DNA from: Candidatus Hydrogenedentota bacterium
GTDB taxonomy: Bacteria > Hydrogenedentota > Hydrogenedentia > Hydrogenedentales > SLHB01
NCBI GenBank assembly: GCA_029974275.1
Contig: JARKSN010000253.1
Coordinates: 1-10,416 of the forward strand
DNA: 10,416 nucleotides
Direction: 5' to 3'
Positions 1 to 7,347 of this stretch are shown piece by piece. The translations under genes were made by a program, and so were the position numbers. Position 1 is the first letter of the stretch, and the number at the start of each line of letters is the position of its first letter. The notes under the pieces were generated by a model that saw only the letters and a program-made list of their open reading frames with translations, ran no database searches and was not told where the DNA came from.

Positions 1-49
1 CGGATTTTTGCGGCGGGAACCCGGGGCTACTTGCCCAAAAGGCGGCTGG

Positions 50-98
50 AAATGTTGCCCCAAATGTTGCACCAAAATTCGGCATTTCGTGGTGCAAC
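50..98. repeat. Tandem 12-bp direct repeat plus an inverted copy, downstream of the tRNA 3' end
   Basis: AAATGTTGCCCC (50-61) and AAATGTTGCACC (62-73) match at 11/12. TGGTGCAAC (90-98) is the exact reverse complement of GTTGCACCA (66-74). A partial copy TTGCCCAAA lies at 31-39. Confidence 0.7.
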
Positions 99-211
99 GA
101 GGCAAAAATTGGCAATGAAGAGGCATTTATCCATAACAGCGGAACAGATGATACAGATCGCATTTTGACCAATAAAGACAAGGGTTTGCAAGAGGGGGCA
201 AAGGAAAAGAG

Positions 212-287
212 TGGTGGGCCTGGTAGGGGTCGAACCTACGACCAAGTGATTATGAGTCACCTGCTCTAACCACTGAGCTACAGGCCC
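212..287 (-). tRNA. tRNA with CAT anticodon, most likely tRNA-Ile2 (lysidine-modified, reads AUA)
   Basis: Reverse complement GGGCCTG TA GCTC AGTGGTTA GAGC A GGTGA CTCATAA TCACT TGGTC GTAGG TTCGACC CCTAC CAGGCCC A CCA gives a 76-nt cloverleaf with encoded CCA. It has a paired G1-C72 and no GGG/CCC anticodon stem, so it is not the initiator. The D arm and anticodon arm closely resemble E. coli ileX as I recall it; elongator Met is less likely. Confidence 0.95.
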
Positions 288-337
288 ACGAAAATAGTTA
301 TGTATGTGCGCGTCGCACTTGGCCGCCGCTTGGACGG

Positions 338-2098
338 TTAGGATTGGCCAAGGTTCCAGTCGATAAAGGATTTCAGCTCGCGCGCGCGCGTCGGATGGCG
401 CATTTTGCGCAGGGCTTTGGCCTCTATTTGCCGGACGCGTTCGCGGGTGACGTTGAACACGCTGCCGACTTCTTCGAGGGTGCGAGGATATCCGTCGCCC
501 AATCCAAAACGCAAGCGCAGCACTTTCTCTTCGCGTTCGGTAAGGGAGCCGAGCACTTCGTCGAGCTTCTCTTGAAACACGCTGAAGGCGGTGGCGTTGG
601 CAGGGGATTCGGCGCTTTTGTCTTCGATGAAATCGCCGAAGTTGCTGTCGCCGTCGTCGCCGACGGGGGTTTCGAGGCTGATGGCCTCCTGGGCAATCTT
701 GAGGATGCTGCGCACTTTGTCGGCAGACATCTGCATCTCTTCAGCGATTTCTTCGGCGCTGGGTTCGCGTCCGTATTCTTGGATGAGGCGGCGGCTGGTG
801 CGCACGAGTTTGTTGATGGATTCGATCATGTGCACGGGGATGCGGATGGTGCGGGCTTGGTCGGCGATGGATCGCGTGATGGCTTGGCGAATCCACCAGG
901 TGGCGTAGGTGCTGAATTTGTAGCCGCGCTGGTATTCGAATTTGTCGACGGCCTTCATCAAGCCGATGTTGCCTTCTTGGATGAGGTCGAGGAAGGACAT
1001 GCCGCGGTTGGTGTATTTCTTGCCGATGGATACGACGAGGCGCAGGTTGGCTTCGACGAGTTCCATCTTGGCTTTGTAGATTTTTTCTTCTTTGTCGCGG
1101 ATGGTGTCGATGAGGATGTTGATCTGATCGCGGTCGAGTTTGGCGTCGTTTTGGATTTGGTCAAGTTTTTTTTGCGCCAGGGTGATGCGGCGTTCGGCGT
1201 CGAAGACCATGTCGCGGTCGACGCCGTATTTCTGCGCGGCGGCGGCGCTGCGGCGGAGTTGGACGGCCATGTCGCGGATTTCGTCGCAGGGGAAACCGAT
1301 TTCGCGTTCGACGCGGTCGATTTCGTCGCGTGCGGCGGAGATGCGTCGTTTGAGGCTTTTGATTTTGCGCGCGATTTTCATGATTTCTTTGGATTTTAGC
1401 TTGAATTCGCGCACGACTGCGGCTTGGGCCTCGCGCAATTCCTGGACGCGTTCGTGGATTTTGTCGAGGCTTTTCTGGGAGATTGCGGATCGGCGCAGTC
1501 TTTTTTCTTGTCCTTCGATTTGGGTCTCGACTTCCGCCATTTTTTGCATCAGGTTTGGCAGCCGGCGGATGAAGCCTTCTTGTTCTTTGGGTTCTTCGAT
1601 TTCTGAAATTTGGATGACGCCGAGGCGTCCGGCGAGGATGCGCGCGGCGACCATCTGGATTTCTTTGAAGGTGTAGGGGGTGTGCAGCAGAACCTCGGTC
1701 AGTTCCAGTTCGGCGGCTTCGATGCGTTTGGCGATGGCGACTTCTTGGTCTTTGGTTAGCAGCGGCACGCGGCCCATTTCGCGCAGGTACATGCGCACGG
1801 GGTCGTCGGCGCGTTCGAGGCGGGTGGGCGTTGCTTCTTTGCGGGGATCGGCCTTTTTGGCTTGTTTTTCTTTTTGCGGTTCCGGGGTCTCTGCGTCTAC
1901 GCGGAGATCGTCGACGATGTCGATATCCATGCCGCCCAGCATCACCATCAACTCGTCCATGTCTTCCGAGGTGGCGTCTTCGGGCAGGATGTCCAGCAGA
2001 TCGTCGTAGGTAAGCGCGCCTTTTTCTTTGGCGAGTTCTATAGCCTTTTTCTTTCCCGCTTCGTTTAGCTTTGAGGACTTCTTGCTAATGGCCGACAT
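338..2098 (-). CDS. rpoD: RNA polymerase primary sigma factor (sigma-70), about 586 aa
   Basis: Region 1.1 ([18 protein letters not shown]), 1.2 ([12 protein letters not shown]), non-conserved region, region 2 ([55 protein letters not shown]) and region 4.2 ([29 protein letters not shown]) are all present. ATG at 2098 has GGAG 9 nt upstream. An alternative in-frame ATG at 2164 overlaps the dnaG stop. Confidence 0.97.
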   Translation of the reverse strand: MSAISKKSSKLNEAGKKKAIELAKEKGALTYDDLLDILPEDATSEDMDELMVMLGGMDIDIVDDLRVDAETPEPQKEKQAKKADPRKEATPTRLERADDPVRMYLREMGRVPLLTKDQEVAIAKRIEAAELELTEVLLHTPYTFKEIQMVAARILAGRLGVIQISEIEEPKEQEGFIRRLPNLMQKMAEVETQIEGQEKRLRRSAISQKSLDKIHERVQELREAQAAVVREFKLKSKEIMKIARKIKSLKRRISAARDEIDRVEREIGFPCDEIRDMAVQLRRSAAAAQKYGVDRDMVFDAERRITLAQKKLDQIQNDAKLDRDQINILIDTIRDKEEKIYKAKMELVEANLRLVVSIGKKYTNRGMSFLDLIQEGNIGLMKAVDKFEYQRGYKFSTYATWWIRQAITRSIADQARTIRIPVHMIESINKLVRTSRRLIQEYGREPSAEEIAEEMQMSADKVRSILKIAQEAISLETPVGDDGDSNFGDFIEDKSAESPANATAFSVFQEKLDEVLGSLTEREEKVLRLRFGLGDGYPRTLEEVGSVFNVTRERVRQIEAKALRKMRHPTRARELKSFIDWNLGQS

Positions 2099-2160
2099 GC
2101 TCTGACACTCCACGTTGTCGTAGGTTGCCGCTGGCGCTTGGGGCGCCGGCGGGGGGTTGC

Positions 2161-3927
2161 TCATTCTGCGCCGACTTGTTCCATTTCGCGGATGACGCCG
2201 ATGCGTTCGGTGATCAGGACCATCACGCGGGCTGTATCGTGAAGGCGTTCCGCTTCGCGCAATGCCTCCTGGATTTTCTCTGCTCGTGTGCGCAAGGCCT
2301 CTTTTTTGAGGCGGGCGATGCGGCGGTCGACGAGGATGGCGGCTCGATCCGGTTCCGGAGCGCCTTTGGTGGCCGCTTCGGCGTATAGGGTCTTCGCTTC
2401 GTCTGCCGTCAGGTTCTGGGCCGTATCGGGCCCCGTCGTTTCGGCGAGCAATTCCTTGAGAACGTCCGTGAACGGTCCCGGAAGCAGTTCCACGCCGTGC
2501 AGGGCTTGGCGTGTTTTGTTGAGCAAGGACGCATGTTCCAGCAGCGTCGCCAGGAAATCCACGTCGTCTGGCGATGTCGTCGCACGCGATTCTGGTTCCG
2601 CGTTCCGTGCCGTTATGCTCGTCATGTGTTCGCGTTCCTGCAGACGTTTGGCGAATTCTGATCGGACCACGTACTCGCTGAGACCGAGTTCGCGGGCGAT
2701 TCGCTTGAAGTACTGTTCGCGCCGGAGTTCGTCGTCCACGCCCAGCAAGATCGTGAACAATTCGCTGGCGATATCCGTTCGCCCTTCGATTGTTCGGACG
2801 CGCTCTTCGTTCGTCCGGATATAGAAGGTCACGAAATCGAGCGCCGCGTGCAGCTTTTCGCGAAACGCATCCGCGCCTTCCTCCTTGATGAAGTCGTCCG
2901 GGTCCCGTCCGCCGGGCAACACCATTGCACGGACGGTAAGTCCAACTGCGCTCAACACTGCCACGCCGCGCAGGGCCGCGCGGATGCCCGCGGCGTCGCC
3001 GTCGTATACGATCACCACTTCGGGCACGTAGCGCCGGATCAGGCTTGCCTGGTCGGCGGTCAGGGCCGTGCCGCAACTGGCCACGACGTTCTCGAAACCC
3101 GCATCGACGCACCGCAGCAGGTCGAAATAGCCTTCGACCAGTATGGCCTGGCGCGACTTGCGCAGGGCGTCTCGCGCCTGGAAGAGGCCGTAGAGAATGC
3201 GCCCTTTTTTGTAGACGGGGTTCTCCGGCGTGTTGATGTATTTTGCCGGGCTCTCGCCCGACAAGTCTCGCCCGCCGAAGGCCGCCACGTTGCCGCTGGC
3301 GTCGTGAATGGGGAACATCAACCTGTTGCGAAAAAAGTCGTAAAACTGCCCTCGATCATTCCTGCGGGCCAATCCCGAGACCTCGAGCAGGGCGTCCGGA
3401 TGACCTGCCGCGCGGGAGGCCTCATAAAAAAGGCTGCGCCCCTCGGGGGCGTAGCCCAATTCGAAACGTTTCACGGTTTCCGGCCGCAATCGACGCGACT
3501 CCAGGTAGCGTCGGCCCGCCTCTCCTTTGGCCGGCTCATGGAGCATGGTCTGAAAATGGCGCGAGGCGACTTTGCCGAGTTCCAGCAATTTGAGCCTCTG
3601 GGTATCTTCTGCTGCGTCGAAACGGGATGAGGCGGGGAGTTTGACTCCGCCGCGATCCGCCAAGCGTTGCAATGCTTCCACAAAGGTCAGGCCTTCATGC
3701 CTACTGAGAAAGCTGATGGCATCGCCGCTGGCGCCGCATCCAAAACAGTGGAACATCTGGCGGTCCCGGCTTACCGTGAACGAAGGGGTTCGTTCATTGT
3801 GGAAGGGGCACAGGCCTTTGAATCGCCCGCCGCCCCCGGGCTTGAGTTCCACATGTGCGCCAACGAGTTCCACGATATCGCACGCCGCGAGAACTTGTAG
3901 CACAACGTCTCGGGAGTACATAGCCAA
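2161..3927 (-). CDS. dnaG: DNA primase, 588 aa
   Basis: CHC2 zinc finger ([11 protein letters not shown]...FHCFGCG), [26 protein letters not shown] motifs (VEGYFD, YDGDAAG, DPDD) and a helical C-terminal domain. TTG start at 3927 has AGGAAGG 10 nt upstream; ATG at 3921 is an alternative. It lies directly upstream of rpoD, the usual arrangement. Confidence 0.97.
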   Translation of the reverse strand: MAMYSRDVVLQVLAACDIVELVGAHVELKPGGGGRFKGLCPFHNERTPSFTVSRDRQMFHCFGCGASGDAISFLSRHEGLTFVEALQRLADRGGVKLPASSRFDAAEDTQRLKLLELGKVASRHFQTMLHEPAKGEAGRRYLESRRLRPETVKRFELGYAPEGRSLFYEASRAAGHPDALLEVSGLARRNDRGQFYDFFRNRLMFPIHDASGNVAAFGGRDLSGESPAKYINTPENPVYKKGRILYGLFQARDALRKSRQAILVEGYFDLLRCVDAGFENVVASCGTALTADQASLIRRYVPEVVIVYDGDAAGIRAALRGVAVLSAVGLTVRAMVLPGGRDPDDFIKEEGADAFREKLHAALDFVTFYIRTNEERVRTIEGRTDIASELFTILLGVDDELRREQYFKRIARELGLSEYVVRSEFAKRLQEREHMTSITARNAEPESRATTSPDDVDFLATLLEHASLLNKTRQALHGVELLPGPFTDVLKELLAETTGPDTAQNLTADEAKTLYAEAATKGAPEPDRAAILVDRRIARLKKEALRTRAEKIQEALREAERLHDTARVMVLITERIGVIREMEQVGAE

Positions 3928-4050
3928 GGAGTTGGCGCCTTCCTAGGTAATAAACCGAAAACCCATTCTCACGGGCCAGGCAAACGAACGATTGAGAAGA
4001 AGCAAAAAACCTATAGAGACAGAACTACCCCATCTATGTCAACCGAGCGA

Positions 4051-4079
4051 AGTTTACCATATGGAATCCGCCGTGTCAA
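4051..4079 (-). promoter_or_regulatory. Sigma-70 promoter for dnaG-rpoD-tRNA
   Basis: Minus strand reads TTGACA (4079-4074), 17-nt spacer ending in TGG, TAAACT (4056-4051): perfect -35, optimal spacing and extended -10 (TGn). Confidence 0.8.
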
Positions 4080-4108
4080 GTGGGCGAATCGCGCCGTAAA
4101 GAATTTGC

Positions 4109-4145
4109 CGTAGGAGGAGCGGTGCAACGCGCCGCTTCTCCTACG
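4109..4145. repeat. 17-bp-stem palindrome; terminator or REP-like element between tetR and dnaG
   Basis: CGTAGGAGGAGCGGTGC-AAC-GCGCCGCTTCTCCTACG pairs fully on the + strand with two G-U wobbles and is followed by TTTGTATATTT. On the - strand the two wobbles become A-C mismatches. Confidence 0.7.
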
Positions 4146-4285
4146 TTTGTATATTTACGAAACCGTCCTCTTGGGGGGCAATTCGCCGCGCATGCTCGCA
4201 GCATCTGTCTTCCTACGGCCTTCCTTTGCTCCGGCAATGCGGAGCCCCTCGGAGCTTGACCGGCAAATTGAGCCGATCGCCGGCA

Positions 4286-4873
4286 TCAGGGCTGCAACAG
4301 GATCAGGATTGAGTTGGCGATGACGTTCCATTGAAGCGGTTCTCGGACGTGGCCGATAAGGATGGGACGTTGCACAACGGCCCCGTCGAGCGCGGCAAGT
4401 ATATGGCTTGCGATCGTTTCGACGGGTTGCGGACGGAACTCGCCCCGGGAGATTCCATAGGTCAATGTTTGCGATATGTACGCGTGGAGTTCGTCGTATA
4501 TCGCGCGCTGGCACGCCATCACTTCCGGCGCCCTTCCGCCGATGAACAGTCCTTCCGCATGGATGCGCGCCAATTCCGGATGCGCGGCCGATCCACGGCC
4601 CACGGCGAGAAAGAGGGCGCGCAGTCTGTCTCCTGCGGATTGGTCCTCACGTGCTGCTTTGGCCATGCCTTCGCGCACTATCTCCCACCATGCTTGGCAG
4701 AGCGCCACCAGCAGTGTCTGTTTGCTCTTGAAATGCCAGTATACTCCGCCCTTGCTGAGCCCCGCTGCGTTGACGATATCGTCCATGGACGCACCGGAAT
4801 ATCCATCCCGAGCGAAGCATTTCGCAGCGGCCTGTAATATCTGCTGTGTTCTATATTCTCTTGTTTTTTGCAT
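4286..4873 (-). CDS. TetR/AcrR-family transcriptional regulator, 195 aa
   Basis: N-terminal TetR HTH: ILQAAAKCFARDGYSGASMDDIVNAAGLSKGGVYWHFKSKQTLL. C-terminal GISRGEFRP motif and length are typical. AAAGGT lies upstream of the ATG. Confidence 0.93.
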   Translation of the reverse strand: MQKTREYRTQQILQAAAKCFARDGYSGASMDDIVNAAGLSKGGVYWHFKSKQTLLVALCQAWWEIVREGMAKAAREDQSAGDRLRALFLAVGRGSAAHPELARIHAEGLFIGGRAPEVMACQRAIYDELHAYISQTLTYGISRGEFRPQPVETIASHILAALDGAVVQRPILIGHVREPLQWNVIANSILILLQP

Positions 4874-4894
4874 TTTTACCTTTATTTTCTTGAT

Positions 4895-4912
4895 AAACCG
4901 ACCAGTCGGTTT
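4895..4912. promoter_or_regulatory. Probable TetR autoregulatory operator
   Basis: Perfect inverted repeat AAACCGAC-CA-GTCGGTTT, 21 nt upstream of the tetR ATG and just downstream of a candidate promoter. Confidence 0.7.
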
Positions 4913-4918
4913 TCAACT

Positions 4919-4947
4919 ATTAAGCCGTAAATTGTGTAATATGTCAA
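4919..4947 (-). promoter_or_regulatory. Candidate sigma-70 promoter for tetR
   Basis: Minus strand reads TTGACA (4947-4942), 17 nt, CTTAAT (4924-4919) in an AT-rich stretch. The -10 is only 4/6 and lacks the conserved -11 A. Confidence 0.45.
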
Positions 4948-5296
4948 GATATTTTTGTGTCCCCAGCTATGCGCATATGCTCTTCGCATCCTGTAGCGTC
5001 TGGTCTCCGTGATGGGCGCCTCAAGAACTCTCAACGTGAAAGTGGACAGTTCCTACAAAAACGCAAACGAGTTCTCCTTTCGAGGCGCTCGTGTGGTTTC
5101 GGTCGCGCGATCTTTGCTGTGCGCATACGATCGTCCGGGAGGGGAACCGGCGCTGCTACGGGGACAGACTCTGCACAGGATGAATGGGTTGGGGCGCCTG
5201 CGCACATTATCTTACGGTGGGGAGATTGGCGGGTCACATTCGGGGGGGGGCGCAGGCGTTTTCATCATTTCCCGAATTTTTTTGGGGCATGTGTGC

Positions 5297-5325
5297 TTGC
5301 AGGACATTGACGCAGGGATTATGCT
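5297..5325 (+). promoter_or_regulatory. Candidate sigma-70 promoter for the cusBA-like operon
   Basis: TTGCAG (5297-5302), 17 nt, TATGCT (5320-5325), with a T-rich tract upstream at 5277-5283. Confidence 0.5.
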
Positions 5326-5493
5326 GATGCAGGAGTGTTTGGAACGTCTGCCGTGTTGTCCCAAGATAGACGATTCGCTTTGCGTAGCGCTTCGTTGTCG
5401 TGACCGTTGCAGCGAGCCTGCGCGATCGGTGATTTCGTGGCGGCGGACCGGGCGGCAGGGCGATGCCCGGTCGGTCAGAGTGATGAGGTGCGG

Positions 5494-7347
5494 ATGAACG
5501 TCAAATGGTTCGTGCGCGGATTTCGGCGCGCCGGTTTCGGGGCGGTGATTGCGCTGCTCGGACTGGCGTTTCTCGCAGGGTATTGGTTTGGCGGGGGGGG
5601 CGTCTCTGAGGACCAAACTTCCAGCGCCTCTCACGTTGATTTGGGCATCGAGCAATGGACGTGTTCGATGCATCCTCAGATTCGTTTGCCCAAGCAGGGA
5701 AAGTGTCCGTTGTGCGGGATGGACCTCATACCTGTGCAAGCGGAAAAATCGGGCGCGGCTTCGCTTCGCCAGTTTGTCACAAGCCCCGAGGCGTGCGCGC
5801 TGATGGACATCGCGACCGCGCCGGTCGAGCGCCGTCCGGTGACCGTTGCCATCCAACTGGCAGGAAAGATGGATTACGACGAAACCGGTCTCGCGTCCAT
5901 CGCGGCCTGGGCGCCAGGACGGATCGATCGAATGTTCGTCGATTTCGTTGGGGTTGAAGTCAAGAAGGGCGATCCCATGGTTTCGCTCTACAGTCCTGAG
6001 ATTCTCGCGGCACAGGAGGAGTTGCGGCGAACTTCCGCAGCCTTGCAGGGGCTTCGCGATGGGACACCGGATGTTGTTCGTCAGACGGCGCGGGCGACGC
6101 TGGATGCGGCCCGCGGCAGACTCCGCCGTTGGGGGTTGACCGACGAGCAGGTGAGGCAAGCCGAACAGTCGGGATCGGCGTCGGATCATGTCACGGTCCA
6201 TGCGCCTCTCAGCGGCACAGTCATTGAACGCGTCGGCCGTGAAGGCATGTATGTCGAGACGGGGACCATTCTGTATGAAATCGCCGATCTTAACCGAATT
6301 TGGGTGAATTTGCAGGCGTATGAGACGGACCTTCCGTGGCTTCAAAAGGGGCAGCCGGTTTCGTTTTCGGCGGAGGCGCATCCGGGGCGCACGTGGGAAG
6401 GGCGCATCGCGTTTATCAGTCCTGTTCTTGACGAGATGACCCGCACCGTTCGCGTGCGGGTAAGCGCGTCCAATGCCGACGGGGCGTTGAAACCCGGCAT
6501 GTTTGTGCGGGCGACGGTGCATGCGCGGGTTTCCGCAGACGGAAGCGTGACGGACCAGGAGACCGATCCGGGGCCGCTTGTGATCCCTGTATCGGCTGCG
6601 TTGGTGACGGGCAAGCGCGCGGTGGCGTACGTCGCATTGTCCGGCGGGGACCATCCTGTTTTTGAAGGGCGCGACGTGACGCTTGGCCCTCGTGCGGGCG
6701 ATTACTACGTTGTGGAAGCGGGATTGCGCGAGGGAGAGCGCGTTGTCGCGCGCGGCGCTTTCAAGATCGATAGCGCGGCGCAGATTCAAGGCAAATTCAG
6801 CATGATGTCGCCGGAGGAAACAGCCGTTGCGCCTTCCGGGGCGTCTGCCAAGCCGACGCCGCAGGCCCCGCTCGCGTTTCAAAAACAGTTGCGCGCGGCG
6901 GCGGAGGCCTATGCGTCCGTGCAGGAAGCCTTGGCGCGCGACGACCTGACCGCCGCCCAGGAAGCGGGGTCGCCGTTGCGTTTGGCGGTGGAGAAGTCGG
7001 ATGCGGCTCTCCTGCAGGGAGATGCCGCTGTCGGGTGGCAGGAGACGCGGAACACGATCTTGACGGCGCTGGACGCGTTTCAGTCCGCCGTTTTGATCGA
7101 TGAGGCCCGTAAGGCTTTTCATGGACTGTCCGACGCGTTGATCGCCGCCGGCGAAACGCTTGGCTTCGGCCCCGGGAAAACGGCGTATCGCGTCCACTGC
7201 CCGATGGCCTTCGAGGCGAGAGGCGGCGATTGGATACAATTTGACGAGAACATTCGCAACCCTTATTACGGTGCGGTTATGTTGACGTGCGGCGAAGTGA
7301 AAGGACCGATCGCGCCTGTGGCAGGGGAGGACGCGCCCCGTGAGTGA
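5494..7347 (+). CDS. cusB: CusB-like RND periplasmic adaptor with N-terminal heavy-metal-binding motif and C-terminal DUF3347-like domain, about 617 aa
   Basis: ATG at 5494 follows GAGGTG. N-terminal hydrophobic anchor; WTCSMHPQIR..GKCPLCGMDL; adaptor core (GVEVKKGDPMVSLYSPEILAAQEE, GRIAFISPVLDEMTRTVRVR, LKPGMFV, GLREGERVV); C-terminal HCPMAF..GGDW..IRNPYYGAVMLTCG. Confidence 0.9.
   Translation: MNVKWFVRGFRRAGFGAVIALLGLAFLAGYWFGGGGVSEDQTSSASHVDLGIEQWTCSMHPQIRLPKQGKCPLCGMDLIPVQAEKSGAASLRQFVTSPEACALMDIATAPVERRPVTVAIQLAGKMDYDETGLASIAAWAPGRIDRMFVDFVGVEVKKGDPMVSLYSPEILAAQEELRRTSAALQGLRDGTPDVVRQTARATLDAARGRLRRWGLTDEQVRQAEQSGSASDHVTVHAPLSGTVIERVGREGMYVETGTILYEIADLNRIWVNLQAYETDLPWLQKGQPVSFSAEAHPGRTWEGRIAFISPVLDEMTRTVRVRVSASNADGALKPGMFVRATVHARVSADGSVTDQETDPGPLVIPVSAALVTGKRAVAYVALSGGDHPVFEGRDVTLGPRAGDYYVVEAGLREGERVVARGAFKIDSAAQIQGKFSMMSPEETAVAPSGASAKPTPQAPLAFQKQLRAAAEAYASVQEALARDDLTAAQEAGSPLRLAVEKSDAALLQGDAAVGWQETRNTILTALDAFQSAVLIDEARKAFHGLSDALIAAGETLGFGPGKTAYRVHCPMAFEARGGDWIQFDENIRNPYYGAVMLTCGEVKGPIAPVAGEDAPRE

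Noticed and set aside
50..128. Repeats as a CRISPR array
   Set aside because: Units are 12 bp or shorter, adjacent and without spacers, and no cas genes are in the window.
27..260. 77-aa minus-strand ORF
   Set aside because: It starts inside the tRNA and runs through the repeat region without protein-like features.
2165..3112. N-terminal 300+ aa of the 924-aa ORF, suggesting a giant sigma factor or fusion
   Set aside because: It is an Arg-rich off-frame reading of dnaG; sigma similarity starts only after 2164/2098.
344..3946. Plus-strand ORFs over rpoD and dnaG (344-1399, 1140-1676, 2288-2824, 2848-3630 and others)
   Set aside because: Antisense shadows of well-supported genes, with no motifs of their own.
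3943..3966. 7-codon uORF (MGFRFIT) in frame with dnaG, and an ATAAACCGA match to the TetR operator half-site at 3950-3958
   Set aside because: Both are short enough to arise by chance, and there is no second half-site.
4010..4042. Second TTGACA on the minus strand (4042-4037) upstream of dnaG
   Set aside because: No acceptable -10 at 16-18 nt spacing; TATAGG is 21 nt away.
5235..5260. G tract as a CsoR/RcnR-type operator
   Set aside because: It lacks the flanking AT-rich inverted repeats those operators have.
5407..5493. TTG start at 5407 for cusB given by the ORF track
   Set aside because: ATG 5494 has a ribosome-binding site and directly precedes the basic and hydrophobic anchor.
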